Positions 17,870 through 30,769 of a DNA stretch of 64,000 nt are shown here, one piece after another. The DNA is taken from assembly GCF_009914755.1 (NCBI RefSeq), contig NC_060926.1, one strand, 5' to 3'. A model generated the notes under the pieces. That model searched no databases. It saw only the letters and a list, made by a program, of their open reading frames with translations, and was not told the origin of the DNA. Within the stretch, counting starts at the first letter, position 1. Every line of letters begins with the position of its first letter. The translations under genes and the position numbers were made by a program. The DNA is from the human T2T-CHM13v2.0 reference genome, Homo sapiens.

Positions 17870-18434
17870 CCTCCTGTATCCTGGGCCTCCCAATTCTCTC
17901 TCTCCTGAGTTTCATTTCAATTCACAGGACTTAGCGTATAGTCATAATCATGGCTATGATTTATTACATCAAAGGATAAAAAGCAAAATGAGCAATAGGA
18001 AAGACTCATGAGGTAAATCCAGAAGCAGTAACCAGTAAATCCAGTAACCAGGAGCAAGCTTCCGTGAATCCTTTCCCAGGGGAGTTACACAGGATTCACT
18101 CAATTACATTAGCAACAAGATATGACAACATGTGTGAAATGCTGTCTATCAGAGGATATAATTAAAGACTCCGTGTCCAGAATTTTTGCTGAGGGTTGGT
18201 CATATAGGCACCCTCTGCCCAGCATGTGCCAAAATACCAGATTCCCAGATGGAAATCAGGTATTCAACTTAAAGCACATTGTTTGTACAAACAGTTTAGG
18301 TACAATGAGTTATTCTTATCAGGAAATGGTGGAAACACCCCCAAATCCAAGTTCTGGAATGCCAGCTGGGCCAACCTCGTAAGGAGGACTTCCTAAGGAT
18401 AGCAATCTCAGGCCTGCTATGTTCTTTTCTGCAT
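17870..18434. mobile_element. MER77/MER21-family ERVL LTR fragment
   Basis: catggctatgatttattac...cattgtttgtacaaacagtttagg...ctaaggatagcaatctcaggcctgctatg matches my recollection of MER77. Confidence 0.6.
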
Positions 18435-18604
18435 ACTTTCTTATTACCAGGAGCAGATACTGAAAGACAGTAGAGAGTAATTCTGTTCTGCTATCCCTTT
18501 TCCAACATTAAGCAGTTGTATAAATAGAAAGAAAAAAATGAGAGAAAACTATATACCTTCTCTTCAACAGTGTTTATTTCTGACTTTTTCTAATACCCTT
18601 CACA

Positions 18605-18780
18605 CACTGTAGATGATCTCACTCATGCCCATGACTTTAGTTAGCATCTCTATGTTGATTGATCCATAAACCGTCATCCCAATCACTTCTCCTTGATGAG
18701 TTCTAGACCAAGATATTCAATGTGCATTGAAAATGTCTACACGCATATCCAAAAGGGTACCTCGCACCCAATTATCCCCC
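18605..18780 (+). mobile_element. L2 fragment
   Basis: gatgatctcactcatgcccatgactttagttagcatctctatgttgat... is L2-like. Confidence 0.55.
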
Positions 18781-19149
18781 AGTTTTTATTACTCTGATTT
18801 AAAAACAAAAACAATTTTTAAAATTTACATTCTATATAGCAATATCACCAGTTACACAATCTAGAAATCATATTTAAAAATCTAAGAAAATCTACATTCC
18901 CAAAAGTTCTTAGAACAAATGAATGAGTTCAGCAAGGTCTCAGTATACAAGTACATAACAGTTAATCATGTTCCTATATATCAGCAATGAACATTTGGAA
19001 TTTGAAGGAAAAACTATACCATATGTAGTAGCAACAAAAAAAGTAAGCACTTATATATAAACATAACCAAATACATGCATAATCTGTATGCTAAAAACTA
19101 CAAAACACAGATGGAAAAAAATAATGAATATCTAAATACATGGAGAAAT

Positions 19150-19584
19150 TGTCAGGCCTCTGAGCCCAAGCCAAGCCATTGCATCCCCTCTGACTTGCAC
19201 GTATAACACCCAGATGGCCTGAAGTAACTGAAGATCCGCAAAAGAAGTAAAAATAGCCTTAACTGATGACATTCCACCATTGTGATTTGCTCCTGCCCCA
19301 CCCTAACTGATCAACGTACTTTGTAATCTCCCCCACCATTAAGAAGGTTCTTTGTAATTCTCCCCACCCTTGAGAATGTACTTTGTGAGATCCATGCCTG
19401 CCCACAAAACATTGCTCTTAACTTCACCGCCTAACCCAAAACCTATAAGAACTAATGATAATAATCCATCTCCCTTCGCTGATTCTCTTTTTGGACGCAG
19501 CCTGCCTGCACCCAGGTGCAATAAACAGCCATGTTGCTCACACAAAGCCTGTTTGGTGGTCTCTTCACATGGACGCACATGAAA
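19150..19584 (+). promoter_or_regulatory. 5' LTR, LTR7 family (LTR7Y-like); candidate promoter/enhancer
   Basis: tgtcaggcctctgagcccaagccaagcc...gacgcacatgaaa; type-II style repeats (ctttgtaatctcccccacc / ctttgtaattctccccaccc); CCCCACCC at 19296 and 19362, TATAA at 19444, AATAAA at 19520. Confidence 0.9.
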
Positions 19585-19586
19585 TT

Positions 19587-19604
19587 TGCTGCCGTGACTC
19601 GGAT
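19587..19604 (+). other. tRNA-His primer binding site (1 mismatch)
   Basis: tgctgccgtgactcggat versus canonical TGGTGCCGTGACTCGGAT, directly after the 5' LTR. Confidence 0.92.
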
Positions 19605-19727
19605 CGGGGGACCTCCCTTGGGAGATCAATCCCCCATCCTCCTGCTCTTTGCTCCATGAGAAAGATCCACCTACGACCTCAGGTCCTCAGACCAACCAGC
19701 CCAAGAAACATCTCACCAATTTCAAAT

Positions 19728-19736
19728 CTGGTAAGC
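19728..19736 (+). other. HERV-H major splice donor
   Basis: caaatCTG|GTAAGC at 19730/19731, ~150 nt after the LTR, where the HERV-H leader donor lies. Confidence 0.8.
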
Positions 19737-20009
19737 GGCCTCTTTTTACTCTCTTCTCCAACCTCCCTCACTATCCCTCAACCTCTTTCTCCTTTCAATC
19801 AACACTTCAATCTCTCCCTTCTCTTAATTTTAATTCCTTTCATTTTCTGGTAGAGACAAAGGAGACACGTTTTATCTGTGGACCCAAAACTCCGGTGCCG
19901 GTCACGGACTGGGAAGGCAGCCTTCCCTTGGTGTTTAATCACTTGCAGGGACGCCTCTCTGATTATTCACCCACATTTCAAAGGTGTCAGACCATGCAGG
20001 GATGCCTGC

Positions 20010-20365
20010 CTTGGTCCTTCACCCTTAGCGGTAAGTCCCACTTTTCTGGGGAAGGGGCAAGTACCCCAAACCCTTCTCTCCTTGTCTCTACCCCTTCTCT
20101 GCTTTTCTGGGGAAGGGGCAAGTACCCCTCAACTCCTTCTCCTTCACCCTTAGTGGCAAGTCCCGCTTTTCTGGGGGAGCGGCAAGTACCCCTCAACCCC
20201 TTCTCCTTCACCCTTAGTGGCAAGTCCCACTTTTCTAGGGGGCAAGAACCCCCAATCCCTTATTTCCACACCCCGACCTCTTATCTCTGTGCCCCAATCC
20301 CTTATTTCCGCACCCCAACCTCTTATCTCTGTGTCACAATCCCTTATTTCTGTGCCCCAACCCTT
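20010..20365 (+). repeat. HERV-H leader tandem repeats
   Basis: Three copies of ccttcacccttag(c/t)gg(t/c)aagtccc(a/g)cttttct, then ~21-bp units such as ccttatttccgcaccccaacct. Confidence 0.8.
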
Positions 20366-21329
20366 TCTCTGCTTTTCTGGAGGGCAAGAAACCCCCACCC
20401 CTTCTCCGTGTCTCTACTCTTTTCTCTAGGCTTGCCTCCTTCACTATAGGCAAGCTTCCACCTTCCATTCCTCCTTCTTCTCCCTTAGCCTGTATTCTTA
20501 AGAACTTAAAACCTCTTCAACTCTCACCTGACCTAAAATCTAAGCATCTTATTTTCTTCTGCAATGCCGCTTGGCCCCAATACAAACTCGACAGTAGTTC
20601 CAAATAGCCGGAAAATGGCACTTTCAATTTTTTTCATCCTACAAGATCTAAATAATTCTTGTCGTAAAATGGGCAAATGGTCTGAGGTGCCTGACATCCA
20701 GGCATTCTTTTACACATCAGTCCCTTCCTGGTCTCTGTGCCCAGTGCAACTCATCCCAAATCTTCCTTCTTTCCCTCCTGTTTGTCCCCTCAGTCCCAAC
20801 CCCAAGCATCGCTGAGTCTTTCTAATCTTCCTTTTCTACAGACCCATCTGACCTCTCCCCTCCTCGCCAGCCCAAGCTAGGTCCCAATTCTTCATCAGCC
20901 TCTGTTCCTCCACCCTGTAATCTTTTTATCGCCTCCCCTCCTCGCACCTGGTCTGGCTTACAGTTTCGTTCTGTGATTATCCCTCTCCCACCTGCCCAGC
21001 AATTTACTCTTAAAAAGGTGGCTGGAGCCAAAGGCATAGTCAAGGTTAATGCTCCTTTTTCTTTATCCCAAATCAGATAGCGTTTAGGCTCTTTTTCATC
21101 AAATATAAAAACCCAGCCCAGTTCATGGCTCGTTCGGCAGCAACCCTGAGACGCTTTACAGCCCTAGACCCTAAAAGGTCAAAAGGCCATTTTATTCTCG
21201 ATATACATTTTATTACCCAATCTGCTCCAGACCTTAAATAAAACTCCAAAAATTAGAATCTGGCCCTCAAACCCCACAACATGACTTAATTAACCTTACC
21301 TTCAAGGTGTACAATAATAAAAAAAAAAG

Positions 21330-21656
21330 TTGCAATTCCTTGCCTCCACTGTGAGACAAACCCCAGCCACATCTCCAGCACACAAGAACTTCCAAACACC
21401 TGAACTGCAGCGGCCAGGTGTTCCTCCAGAACCTCCTCCCCCAGGAGCTTGCTACAAGTGCCAGAAATCTGGCCACCAGGCCAAGGAATGCCTGCAGCCC
21501 AGGATTCCTCCTAAGCCGTGTCCCATCTGTGCGGGACCCCACTGGAAATCGGACTGTTCAACTCACCTGGCAGCCACTCGCAGAGCCCCTGGAACTCTGG
21601 CCCAAGGCTCTCTGACTGACTCCTTGGCTTACTGGCTGAAGACTGACGCTGCCTGA
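21330..21656 (+). pseudogene. gag: HERV-H gag remnant (nucleocapsid zinc knuckles)
   Basis: CYKCQKSGHQAKEC and CPICAGPHWKSDC, two CCHC-type fingers. Confidence 0.9.
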
Positions 21657-21712
21657 TTGCCTCGGAAGCCCCGTAGACCATCAACAATGCCGAGCTTTAG
21701 GTAACTCTCACA

Positions 21713-21937
21713 GTGGAAGGTAAGTCCGTCCCCTTTTTAATCAATACGGAGGCTACCCACTCCACATCACTTTCTTTTCAAGGGCCTGTTTCCCTTGCCT
21801 CCATAACTGTTGTGGGTATTGACGGCCAGGCTTCTAAACCTCTTAAAACTCCCCATTTCTGGTGCCAACTTAGACAACATTCTTTTATGCACTCTTTTTT
21901 AGTTATCTCCACCTGCCCAGTTCCCTTATTAGGCTGA
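21713..21937 (+). pseudogene. pro: HERV-H protease remnant, catalytically dead
   Basis: FLINTEATHS in place of the retroviral aspartic protease FLIDTGA motif; ends PVPLLG*. Confidence 0.85.
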
Positions 21938-22090
21938 GATATTTTAACCAAATTATCTGCTTCCCTGACTATTCCTGAACTATAGCCACATCTCATTGAT
22001 GCCCTTCTTCCCAATCCAAATCCTCCTTTGCGTCCTCCTCTTGTATTCCCCCACCTTAACCCACAAGTATAAGATACCTCTACTCTCTCC

Positions 22091-23830
22091 TTGGCGACCG
22101 ATCATGCACCCCTTACCATCTCATTAAAACCTAATCACCCTTACCCCACTCAATGCCAATATCCCATCCCACAGCATGCTTTGAAAGGATTAAAGCCTGT
22201 TATCACTCGCCTGCTACAGCATGGCCTTTTAAAGCCTATAAACTCTCCTTACAATTCCCCCATTTTACCTGTCCTAAAACCAGACAAGCCTTACAGGTTA
22301 GTTCAGGATCTATGCCTTATCAACCAAATTGTTTTGCCTATCCACCCCACGGTGCCAAACCCATATACTCTCCTATCCTCAATACCTCCCTCCACAATCC
22401 ATTATTCTGTTCTGGATCTCAAACGTGCTTTCTTTACTATTCCTTTGCACCCATCATCCCAGCCTCTCTTCGCTTTCACTTGTACTGACCCTGACACCCA
22501 TCAGGCTCAGCAAATTACCTGGGCTGTACTGCCGCAAGGCTTCACAGATGGCCCCCATTACTTCAGTCAAGCCCAAATTTCATCCTCATCTGTTACCTAT
22601 CTCGGCATAATTCTCATAAAAACACACGTGCTCTCCCTGCCAATCATGTCCGACTGATCTCTCAAACCCCAGCACCTTCTACAAAACAACAACTCCTTTC
22701 CTTCCTAGGCATGGTTAGTGCGGTCAGAATTCTTACACAAGAGCCAGGACCGCACCCTGTAGCCTTTCTGTCCAAACAACTTGACCTTACTGTTTTAGCC
22801 TAGCCCTCATGTCTGCGTGCAGTGGCTGCTGCTGCTTTAATACTTTTAGAGGCCCTAAAAATCACAAACTATGCCTAACTCACTCTCTACATTTTTCATA
22901 ACTTCCAAAATCTATTTTCTTCCTCATACCTGACGCATATACTTTCTGCTCTCCGGCTCCTTCAGCTGTACTCACTCTTTGTCAAGTCCCACAATTACCA
23001 TTGTTCCTGGCCCAGACTTCAATCTGGCCTCCTACATTATTCCTGATACCACACCTGACCCCCATGACTGTATCTCTCTGACCCACCTGATATTCACCCC
23101 ATTTCCCCATATTTCCTTCTTTCCTGTTCCTCATCCTGATCACGCTTGATTTATTGATGGCGGTTCCACCAGGCCTAATCGCCACACACCAGCAAAGGCA
23201 GGCTACGCTATAGCCACTAGCTCGCCTCTCAGAACCTCTCATTTCCTTTCCATCGTGGAAATCTATCCTCAAGGAAATAACTTCTCAGTGTTCCATCTGC
23301 TCTTCTGCTACTCTCAGGGATTATTCAGGCCCCCTCCCTTCCCTGCACATCAAGCTCGAGGATTTGCCCCCACCCAGGACTGGCAAATTAGCTTTACTCA
23401 ACAGGCCCGAGTCAGGAAACTAAAATACCTCTTAGTCTAAATAGACACGTTCACTGAATAAGTAAAGGCCTTTCCTACAGGGTCTGAGAAGGCAACCGCA
23501 GTCATTTCTTCCCTTCTGTCAGACATAATTCCTCAGTTTAGCCTTCCCACCTCTATACAGTCTGATACCAGACCAGCCTTTATTAGTCAAATCAGCCAAG
23601 CAGTTTTTCAGGCTCTTAGTATTCAGTGAAACCTTTATATCCCTTACGGTCCTCCATCTTCAAGAAAAGTAGAACGGACTAAAGGTCTTTTAAAAATACA
23701 CCTCATCAAGCTCAGCCACCCACTTAAAAAGGACTGGACAATACTTTTACCACTTTCGCTTCTCAGAATTCAGGCCTGTCCTCAGAATGTTACAAGGTAC
23801 AGCCATTTAAGCTCCTGTATAGATGCTCCT
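22091..23830 (+). pseudogene. pol: HERV-H pol remnant (RT N-half, deleted; RNase H and integrase fragments)
   Basis: SPYNSPILPVLKPDKPYRLVQDL, YSVLDLKRAFF, LPQGF; the YxDD segment is missing after PQGFTDGPHYFSQA; integrase-like HQARGFAPTQDWQISFT at 23255..23440. Confidence 0.9.
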
Positions 23831-24461
23831 TTTTATTAGGCCCCAGTCTCATTTGACACCAGACCAACTTAGACTGTGCCCCCAAAAAACTTGCCATCCC
23901 TACTATCTTTTGTCTGGTCATACTCCTATTCACCGTTCTCAACTACTCATACATGCCCTGCTCTTGTTTACACTGCCGGTTTACACTGTTTCTCCAAGCC
24001 ATCACAGCTGATATCTCCTGGTGCTATCACCAAACTGCCACTCTAAACTCTTGAAGTAAATAAATAATCTTCACTGGCAGGGCTATGCTGAATCTCCTTA
24101 GGCACTCTCCAATCAGATGTCCTAGGTCCTCCCAATTCTTAGATCTTTTATACCTGTTTTTGTCCTTCTCTTATTCCATTTAGTTTCTCAATTCATCCAA
24201 AACCGTATCCAGGCCATCACCAATCATTCTATACAACAAATGTTTCTTCTTACATCCCCACAATATCACCCCTTACCACAAGACCTCCCTTCAGCTTAAT
24301 CTCTCCCACTCTAGGTTCCCATGCCGCCCCTAATCCCACTTGAAGCAGCCCTGAGAAACATCACCCATTCTCTCTCCATACCACCCCCCAAAAATTTTCA
24401 CCACCCCAACACTTCAACACTATTTTGTTTTATTTTTCTTATTAATATAAGAAGGCAAGAA

Positions 24462-24892
24462 TGTCAGGCCTCTGAGCCCAAGCCAAGCCATCTCATCCCC
24501 TGTGACTTGCACGTATACACCCAGATGGCCTGCAGTAACTGAAGATCCACAAAAGAAGTAAAAATAGCCTTAACTGATGACATTCCACCATTGTGATTTG
24601 TTCCTGCCCCACCCTAACTGATCAATGTACTTTGTAATCTCCCCCAGCCTTAAGAAGGTTCTTTGTAATTCTCCCCACCCTTGAGAATGTACTTTGTGAG
24701 ATCCACGCCTGCCCGCAAAACATTGCTCTTAACTTCACCGCCTAACCCACAACCTATAAGAACTAATGATAATCCATCTCCCTTCGCTGACTCTCTTTTC
24801 AGACTCAGCCCGCCTGCACCTAGGTGAAATAAACAGCCATGTTGCTCACACAAAGCCTGTTTGGTGGTCTCTTCACACAGACGCACATGAAA
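24462..24892 (+). promoter_or_regulatory. 3' LTR (LTR7Y-like), preceded by the polypurine tract
   Basis: PPT aagaaggcaagaa at 24449-24461; AATAAA at 24828; about 95% identical to the 5' LTR by hand alignment. Confidence 0.93.
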
Positions 24893-25258
24893 GAAATATA
24901 TTATTTTCTTCTATTAAAAGATTCAATATTGTTAAAACATCACGTATCCCCAATTTGATCTACATAGTCAAAGCAACACCAATTAAATCACAGCAAGTAT
25001 TTCATGGGTATCAACAAACTGATTGTAAAATGTATTTGGAAAAACAAAGGTATAGGAGTAGACAAAATTAATATGATATAGAAAAATCCATTAAAAGGAT
25101 TCACATTATCCACTTTCAAAACTTACTATAAACTTACTAGGAATTTTAAATGGTATGATATTGGGAAAGGATAGAAACATACATCCGTGGTATATATAAT
25201 ACAGAGCTCAGAAACAAACACACTAATAAAGTTAACTGACATGAAAAAGTACAAAAGT

Positions 25259-25576
<318 letters not shown>

Positions 25577-25989
25577 TCAAAGTTTTATCATTTCAATGAA
25601 TGGTGCTGAAGCAACTGGACCTTCATATGTAAAATAAAATAAATCTTGACACATATCCTCACATCTCATTAAAAAATTTACACAATGTAAAACTATAAAA
25701 CAACTAGAAGAAAACCTGATAACCTGCATGATCTTGATTGATGAAGTTTCTGATACAAAAATCACCAAAAACCATGATCAATAAAATAATTGATAAACTG
25801 ATTGTCAAAATTAGAAGTCATATTCTGTTAAGAGAATGAAAAGACAAGCCATAGCTTGGTAGAAATATTCTCAAATCAGATATATGACAAAGGATTTTTA
25901 TCCAGAATATACAAAGAACTTCTAAAGCTCAACAATAATTTAGAAACACCCAATTAAAACACTGGGTAATAGATTTGAATGGAAACACA

Positions 25990-28900
25990 AATACATTTCC
26001 AGAATGGCAAGACAGGAAGCTCTATAGACTCACTTCCCAGTGAAATAAGCAAAACTGGTAAAAAGTATTTAGAAACAATCATTTAAAGTCTCTGGAGGTT
26101 GTCATGAGGTACATAACAAATGAAGAAACATTTATTCAAGGAAATTTGCTAAAACTTAATAAGAACAGCAAAAGTCTGTTGTACATGAGCTATGACCCAC
26201 TTCTTGCCTCCAGCTCCCAACTCAGCATGACCAAAATTTAACTCTGGGAATGTCCAGCAACGAACACAGAGATCTCCTCCCCGCAGGTTTAACTCAAGGA
26301 TTACAATATCTCCCCAGGAGGTGTGGGCCAAGAGTTGCTGAGAGATTTTTACTAAGAGGAGAGGCAGTCCACAAAAACAAAGAGCTCCAAAGCTCTCGCC
26401 AAAGAACTAACCTTATTTGAAATAGAGTGTGGGAAAATTCAAATTTCTCAAAAACAGTGAATACGGCATAATGAGCAATTAGGAAGATGTTAGCTTTATG
26501 AGAGCAACAAACTAAACCGTAGGCCAGTTAATTTACCAGAGAGAACCAAGGAAAGAGAAAGCTAAGAGTTCTCCTGAGGTTTAGATCAGGAGATTTAGAT
26601 CAGACTATGGAGCAATTTAAGCACTAGGACACTGTTGAAAACAACAGAGAAATCAGTGGGTAATTAGTGGGGTTTAACTGGTAGGTATAAAATCAACAAA
26701 GGCAAAATCTCAATTTAGTGATTAGGGATGCTCCCAGGATAAATGTACATATGGCTAAGAAGTAACATCAGAAGTTTCACAATGTAAGAGAAATAGACAT
26801 TGCTAAAATAGAGTGGCCAAGTAACTAAACAAATAAAAAAGCAAGTAACAACATTGGCCTGAGTGGCTGGATAAGAATAAGTATCCAATCTTGCTACAAT
26901 ATATCATTGTAAATATTCAGCCTTCACAAAAAATTTAAAGACATGCACACAAAAAGTATAGAAAAATACAATTTAAACACTAGAAATATATAGCAGGGGA
27001 AAGAAATTACCTATAAGATGGCCTGGATGTTAGATTTAACAAAGACCTCAATGCGATTATTGTAAACATGTTAAAAAAAAAAAAAATGGAAAACCTACCT
27101 AAAGAAGTAAAGTATGATGACAATGTCTCAGCAAATAGATAATATCTATAAAGACATAGAAACTATTTTTTAAGAAAAGAAAATGGAAATTCTACAGTTA
27201 AAGGCATAATAACTGAAATGAAAAATTGAATACAGGGTCCCAACAGAATATTTGAGCTGTCAAGAGAAAGAGTAACAAGGTTAAAGGTACATCAGTAAAG
27301 ATTATGTAATCTGAGGAAGAGAGAGAACAGTAAGTAAAAATAAACAGACCCTCAGAGGAATATAAGACATTAGGATGCCAATAACTGTACAAACGCATAA
27401 CAAGAGGGCAAAATTATAGACTAATATTTCTTGTGAATGTGAGCACAAAATCCCTCAAAAAAATACTAGCAAACTGAATTCAGCAATATATACAAAGGAT
27501 TACACACCAGACCAAGTGGGATTTATTTCAGTAATGCAAGGTTAGTTTAACATCAGAAAATCAACTCATGTAATATACCATATAACAGAAGAAAAGACAA
27601 AACCTCATGATCATCTCAAATGCATGCTATGGCTAGAATGTGTACCTCACATCTCATGTTTTGAAAACTTGATCCCCCAATTCATATGTTGATTAGAGGA
27701 TGGGACCTTAGGGAGGTAATTAGGATTAGATAAGGTAATCAGGATTGGATCCCTATAGTGGGACTGAAGGCTTTTTAAGAAGAGGAAGAAAGCTGACAAT
27801 CATGCTTTCTCTCTTCCAGATGTGGCCCCTCAACCTTGGACTTCTCAGCCTTCAGAATTGTAAGAAATACATTTTTTGTCTTTATAAATTACCAAGTCGA
27901 TAGTACTATGTTATAGCAACAGAAAATGGACTAAGACAATGTAAAAGAAAGCATTTTATAAAATCCAACATTCCTTCACAATAAAGGCACTCAACAAACC
28001 AGAAGTAGAATTTCCTAAACATGCTGATGAACATCTACAAAAACCCGACAGCCAACATTATAAATGGCGCTGTAAATTGTAATACGGTTTTCCTCAGTAT
28101 TGTGAATAGACAAGAATGTCTGCTTTCAACATTTTTATTCAATATTTTTCTGGCAGTTCTAAACATGGTAATTAGACATGAAAATGTAATTAAAACATTC
28201 AATTTGAAAAAGAAGAAGTAAAACTATATTTGTATGTTATATAATTTTACAGATAAAAAATCCTAAGTAATCTTCTAAAAAGCTATTAGAAGTCATAAAT
28301 GAGTTCAACAAATTTCAGGGTACAAAATAAATATAAAAATTAAATATATTTATTTACAGTAGCAAGTCATAATCAAAAAATTAAATTTACATTTATAGTA
28401 GCATCAAACATAATAAAAGTTACAATACATTTTTATAATACCTCCAAAACTTAGGATCTAAAAACTACGAAATAAGGTTTTATTAAAGACCTGAATAAAT
28501 GGAAAGATATGGTATCTTCATCCATTCAACATATTTAAAATCATTAAAATGTAAATATTCCCCAAATTTATCTTCAGATTCAACAAAATTCCTATCAAAA
28601 TCTCAATTTGTTTGTTGCAAGCTGACAAGCAAACTGAAAAGCTCATGCTAAAATTCATATGTAAATGCAAGGGACTCAGAGTAGCCAGAACTGTCTTCAA
28701 AAAGAAGAATAAAGTTGGAGGAATCACCCTTCTTGATTTCATAATGTGCTACAAGATACGGTAATCAAGACAGTATAGTAAGCCAGTAAGAGAAGGATAT
28801 AGTACATTGCAGTACAGTGTAAGAAGACATCAATAAAATGGAATTGAGAATCCAAAAGTCAACCCTAACATTTATAGTCAATTGATTTCAGCAAGGGTGC

Positions 28901-29812
28901 CAAGACATTTCAATGCAGAAAAAAAATCTTTTCAATCAATAGGGCTGGGACAACAGGATATCCAAAAGAATGATGAATGTGCAGAATAATACAAAATTCC
29001 ATATAAAATAACTTAAATCATAGACATAAGTGTAAGAGCTGAAACTATAGCATATTTGGTAGAAAACATAGGCCTAAATCATCATGACCTTGGAGTAGAC
29101 AATGGTTTCTTAAACATGACATTAAAAGGATAAGCAACAAAAAATAAATAAATACACTGGAATTCATCCAACTTTGAGACATTTTTTCTTCAACAAACAC
29201 TGTCAAGAAAGTGAAAAGACAAAACACAGAATGAGAGAAGATATTTGTAAATCATATATCTGCCAAAGCCTTGTATATAAAATAAATAAAGAGCTCTTGC
29301 AATTCAATAATAAAAAAGACAACCCAATTTTTTAAATGAGCAAAGGGTCTGAATGGACATTCATTGAAAGAAGATATACAAATGGCCAATACATAGGAAA
29401 ACATAGTCAACATAGTTAGCTGTCTGTTAAATGCAAATCAATATAATGGAATATTATTTAACAGCAAAAAAATGCATTATTGATATCTGTTACAATATAT
29501 ATGAACTTTTAAAATGTTATGCTAAGTGAAAGAAGACAATCACAAAAGATCACATATTATGTGATTTCATGTAAATGACATGTTATAATATGCAAATCAA
29601 TAGAGGCAAAAAGCAGATAAATGGCTGTGTAGGGCTGGGAAGTTCAGGAGAATTGGTGGGTGACTGCCAAAAGATATTAGGTTTCTTTTTAGTATGATAA
29701 TAAATTGTGTAGGTAATTTCATAACTGAATATGCAAAAACATTAAGTTGTACATTTTAAATAGGTGAGTTTTATGGTATATGATTATATCTCAACAAAGC
29801 TTTTAACCCACC
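25990..29812 (+). mobile_element. Internally deleted L1MB7/8-like LINE with 5' region, nested in the L1MC
   Basis: L1M 5'-like start (ttccagaatggcaagacaggaagctc), ORF1 remnant at ~27000-27380, ORF2 remnant, L1MB-type 3' end (…tgattatatctcaacaaagc); degenerate flanking repeat agatttgaatgga / aaatttgaacaga. Confidence 0.65.
27625..27938 (+). mobile_element. MSTC/MSTD-type MaLR solo LTR
   Basis: tgctatggctagaatgtg...gttatagcaacagaaaatggactaagaca; TSD ATGCA / ATGTA inside L1 ORF2. Confidence 0.88.
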
Positions 29813-30769
29813 AAAAAAATTTGAACAGATGTTCTGCCAAAGATATTTGGATAGGAAATAAGAAAAAAAATACTCTGTATATTTGTCATTTACAAAATGC
29901 AAACTCAAACCACAATGAAATATCACTACATATCTATTAGAATGATAAACAAACAAACAGAAAGAAGCAATACCAAATCTTGGCAAGATTGCAGAGCTAC
30001 AGGAACTTTTATTTATTGTTAATGAGAATGTGACATGGTACAGCTACTTTAGAAAATAGTTTGGTGAATTTTTTTATAAATTTAAACATGTACTTACCAT
30101 ATAGCCCAAAAATCATACTCCCAGATATTTACCCAAGTGAATGGAAAACTTGGTTTCACATGAAATTATGTATGTGAATATTTATAGCATCGTTATTCGT
30201 AATTATGAAAAACTAGACATTAACAAAATTTCCTTTGGTAGGTGAATGGATAAACAAACTGTGACATATTTATACAACATAAAACTACTCATCAATAAAA
30301 TTAAAGAAGCTATGGATTGATGCAACAATATAGATGAATCTTAAATGCATTTTTCTAAATGAAAAAAGCTAGATGCAATAGACCACATATTGCATAATAC
30401 CATTTATAGGACGTTATAAAACAAGATAAAATAATGAAGATACAAAAATATCAGTGTTGGTCAGGGTTTGAGAATAGAGGAGGTATTCAATACAAGGGGC
30501 TTTCCACTGGAACTTTTGCTGCCATTAACTTGTTCTGTATGGTACTGAGTAAAACACCTGACTGGGAAGTTGTCAAAACCCACAGAATTGTGATCTTTAC
30601 TGTATGCAAATTTAAATAAAATCAATCAGAATTTGAGGGTTCCCAAGATGGAATACAATCTGTGACAAATAAACCTAGCTGTATTGTAATTTATGAAATA
30701 ACCATACGAAGAAGGGAGAGAAAAATAACATGATGTAAGTAACTTTTGGAAAATGTAAACATTGCCGAA

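Larger units (their letters stand above)
19150..24892 (+). mobile_element. HERV-H provirus, common deleted form (5743 bp), two LTRs
   Basis: LTR-leader-gag-pro-pol-env remnant-PPT-LTR order; perfect 5-bp TSD GAAAT at 19145-19149 and 24893-24897. Confidence 0.97.

Noticed and set aside
19455-20449. Calling this locus the ESRG gene
   Set aside because: The similarity is shared by HERV-H leaders in general; here it is frameshifted and the LTR type differs from what I recall for ESRG.
22091-22657. Functional retroviral reverse transcriptase
   Set aside because: The YxDD catalytic segment is deleted, the protease DTG is mutated to NTE, and gag and integrase are fragmented.
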